Assembly: GCF_009914755.1 (NCBI RefSeq)
Contig: NC_060928.1
Reading direction: 5' to 3' (one strand)
DNA length: 64,000 bases
Origin: the human T2T-CHM13v2.0 reference genome, Homo sapiens
In this document: in pieces, positions 61,720-64,000 of the stretch
Layout of the letters: the number at the start of each line of letters is the position of its first letter
How positions within the stretch are numbered: position 1 is the first letter of the stretch
Position numbers and translations under genes: made by a program
Notes under the pieces: generated by a model
The model's database searches: none
What the model was told of the DNA's origin: nothing
What the model saw: only the letters and a program-made list of their open reading frames with translations

Positions 61720-62243
61720 GTAAGGAGAAGTGCCCATGTCCCCAAATCTGACCATTTTATTCTCTCCAGCTTCAAGAAAACCAAGAAGGGCTAAGTCATT
61801 AAGATGAATTGATCTCTATGTTCAAAGAGTGGCAGGATCAGATAATCTACAGTGTGTTGAAATCCAGTAAATGGAAACTATGACCCCCTTGACACTCTAA
61901 TGAAAGTCATATATTCTTTCGTCTTAAAAAATGCATATATACATTTGTACTCAAATTTGCATGAATAATTTTAGGAGGTTTACCAGGCTCCTAGAGCCCA
62001 TCTATGAACTGCAGTTGGAAAAATTTCTTAGTGTAAGTTGATACAGGAATTTGAGTTTTTATATTTATAGAAATATAAACCGATCTATCACTTTATATCT
62101 TTTGTATGATGGAGTTTGACTGTAACATTTCTTCAGACATGTCCTAGACAAGGTAATGGAAAGGAACAAGTAGGTTTTTTTTAATTAAATGGAACCCCAT
62201 TCTAATACTTTGTTCTAATTTATTTTTTTCATGTGGCAAACAG

Positions 62244-62267
62244 AACCTAGATCTACAGCTGAACCTG
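62244..62267 (+). CDS. PALLD: Palladin 24-nt microexon within Ig2 (phase 1-1)
   Basis: AAACAG acceptor, CTG|GTAAGA donor; encodes (K)PRSTAEP(E), the segment that follows FRILQK in palladin as I recall it. Confidence 0.9.
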
Positions 62268-64000
62268 GTAAGAATATTTTTAGGGTTTTTTTTTTTGGTG
62301 GTGGGGGAGCAGATAATGTATCTTTTGGGTCTCAATAGTTCTTTCTTTCTACCTTAAAGCCGTAAGCAGAACAATGTTTTTGTGGCTCCCTGGAAATGTG
62401 AAACCCCCTTAAAAACAATATCTTCTTTATCATGGAGTCTGTACACTGCATTTTACATCAACGTCTTTATTAGCAAAACATTAAGTTCCATTCAGACAAG
62501 AAGGTCAAGCTCAGTGACTTCATGCTTTTTAAAATACAGTCTTTTAGGCTCAGAAAGCAAACTAAGCTGATGATGAAAAAACATCCTCCTAAAATTCCAG
62601 TAGAGAAGGACAATCTACTGCCTATTTGTACTGATCAGAACCCACTAACAACCCCAGCTTAGAAATGTGTCTCAAATGAGAGCAGCTCAAAGAGGTAAGC
62701 AAAATGGACCCCCAGGTGTTTCTCATTTGTGTGCCCTGAGCCATAAACTTTTACTATTCTGCAAGCATGAAGAAAGTCATCTTGCCCCCAGATCACTCTT
62801 AATTATCAGGTCGTTTGACCAGATCACAGTGCTATGTGATCCAGGAGCCTCGGGCCTAGCTGTTCCCTGCCTCAGACATATTGCGTATTTATGGTTCCTC
62901 GTGGAGTGAAATAGTGTTTGTAAAGGAAACAAATTTTTGTCTAGGTACTTCATCGTATGTCCTCCTCAAGACTATTTTCTTTTGTATTTTTCCCATCAGC
63001 AGGGTCACAATTTCACTTATTTCTGAACAAAGGGTAGAAAAACAAGTCATTTTCCTGTTTCTCCTGTTTGTTCCTCTGCTTCAGTGTCAAGCAGATCTTG
63101 CCACATGTGTCTTAGGAGCCATGACCTTGCTCTGACTCTTCTTGGGGGAACTGGAAAGTCCTCTGTGGGCCACTGCAGGTCAGATTACTGCAGTCAGTCC
63201 CTGAACTTCTCACATCTGTGTACTGGATCTTTAAAAGCAGAGTTTGACCCTATTAGGATCCAACGTTTAAGGGAGGCTGAGTAGCATCCTTAGGGAACAA
63301 CTGGAATTGATCTGCTGCCCTCCTGTCATGAATTATAAGCAGAGCAAGTCCCCCCACTTAATGTGTCAGTCATCACATCAAATACTGTAGTCACTTTCCA
63401 GACTGTGGAAATATACAACTGCATATTTTGTCTGTGAAATGTCATTGAATAAAATTGCATAATGCTACTTTTCTAATACATGGATTTTCTGAGATTAAAT
63501 CTGCTGCATGAGCTAATATGGGAATCCTGTAGGGAGTTAGGGCACATCTTGTGCATTTGCTATTTTAAACAACTTTAGATAGGTAGATATAAAAGTAGGA
63601 ACCAAATATCTTTTATCTACAAGAAATAGCTTTTTATGTGAAACAAACCTATAAAGCAATTTATGTCTTTTAATGCTTTGTGTATAAATAAGGCTAAAAT
63701 TTTGAGCCAAAAATTGTAAAAATGTTACTGCTAGCATGAAATAAGGCAGCTTTTGACATTGCGTTTTGGATTCGGAGTGAACTCCTGCAACTCTCTTTTC
63801 ATCGTGTTGTTATACGTTGTCATCATGCACATAGGTGATGATGATTTATCAAATGTAGGTTGGAAAATCACAAACAGTCATCTGCAAAGTCAAAACATTA
63901 GTTAGAAACTGCACAGCTTAGTTTTCAGTATGTGTATATTTGAAAAGGGAAAACACTCAGAATATGCTAGCTAAGGAAGAATAAATTTGGATGAGGAGGG

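Overview
This is primate (apparently human) genomic DNA from the middle of the palladin gene PALLD, transcribed on the + strand. Six coding exons (39164-39342, 52308-52374, 53974-54079, 56461-56535, 61578-61719 and a 24-nt microexon at 62244-62267) splice in one continuous frame. They encode the C-terminal half of Ig domain 1, the Ser/Thr-rich linker and the first part of Ig domain 2. A CpG-rich internal promoter with an ATG-less first exon (donor at 2880/2881) lies about 36 kb upstream of the first of these exons. The rest is intron, filled with about 25 Alus (one AluYb8), MIR/L2/L1/CR1 fragments, DNA-transposon relics, LTRs and simple repeats. Features the ORF track misses: a U6 snRNA-L1 chimeric retrocopy, an HMGN4/HMGN2-like processed pseudogene, a TSD-flanked orphan retro-insertion, a twin-primed inverted L1, a GT-rich VNTR carrying repeated 5' splice-site motifs, and a stop codon plus uORF created at the alternative first-exon junction. 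Nearly all other listed ORFs are Alu or low-complexity artefacts. I see no evidence of a wholly new biological system. Repeat family names are from recalled consensus sequences, not from a search.
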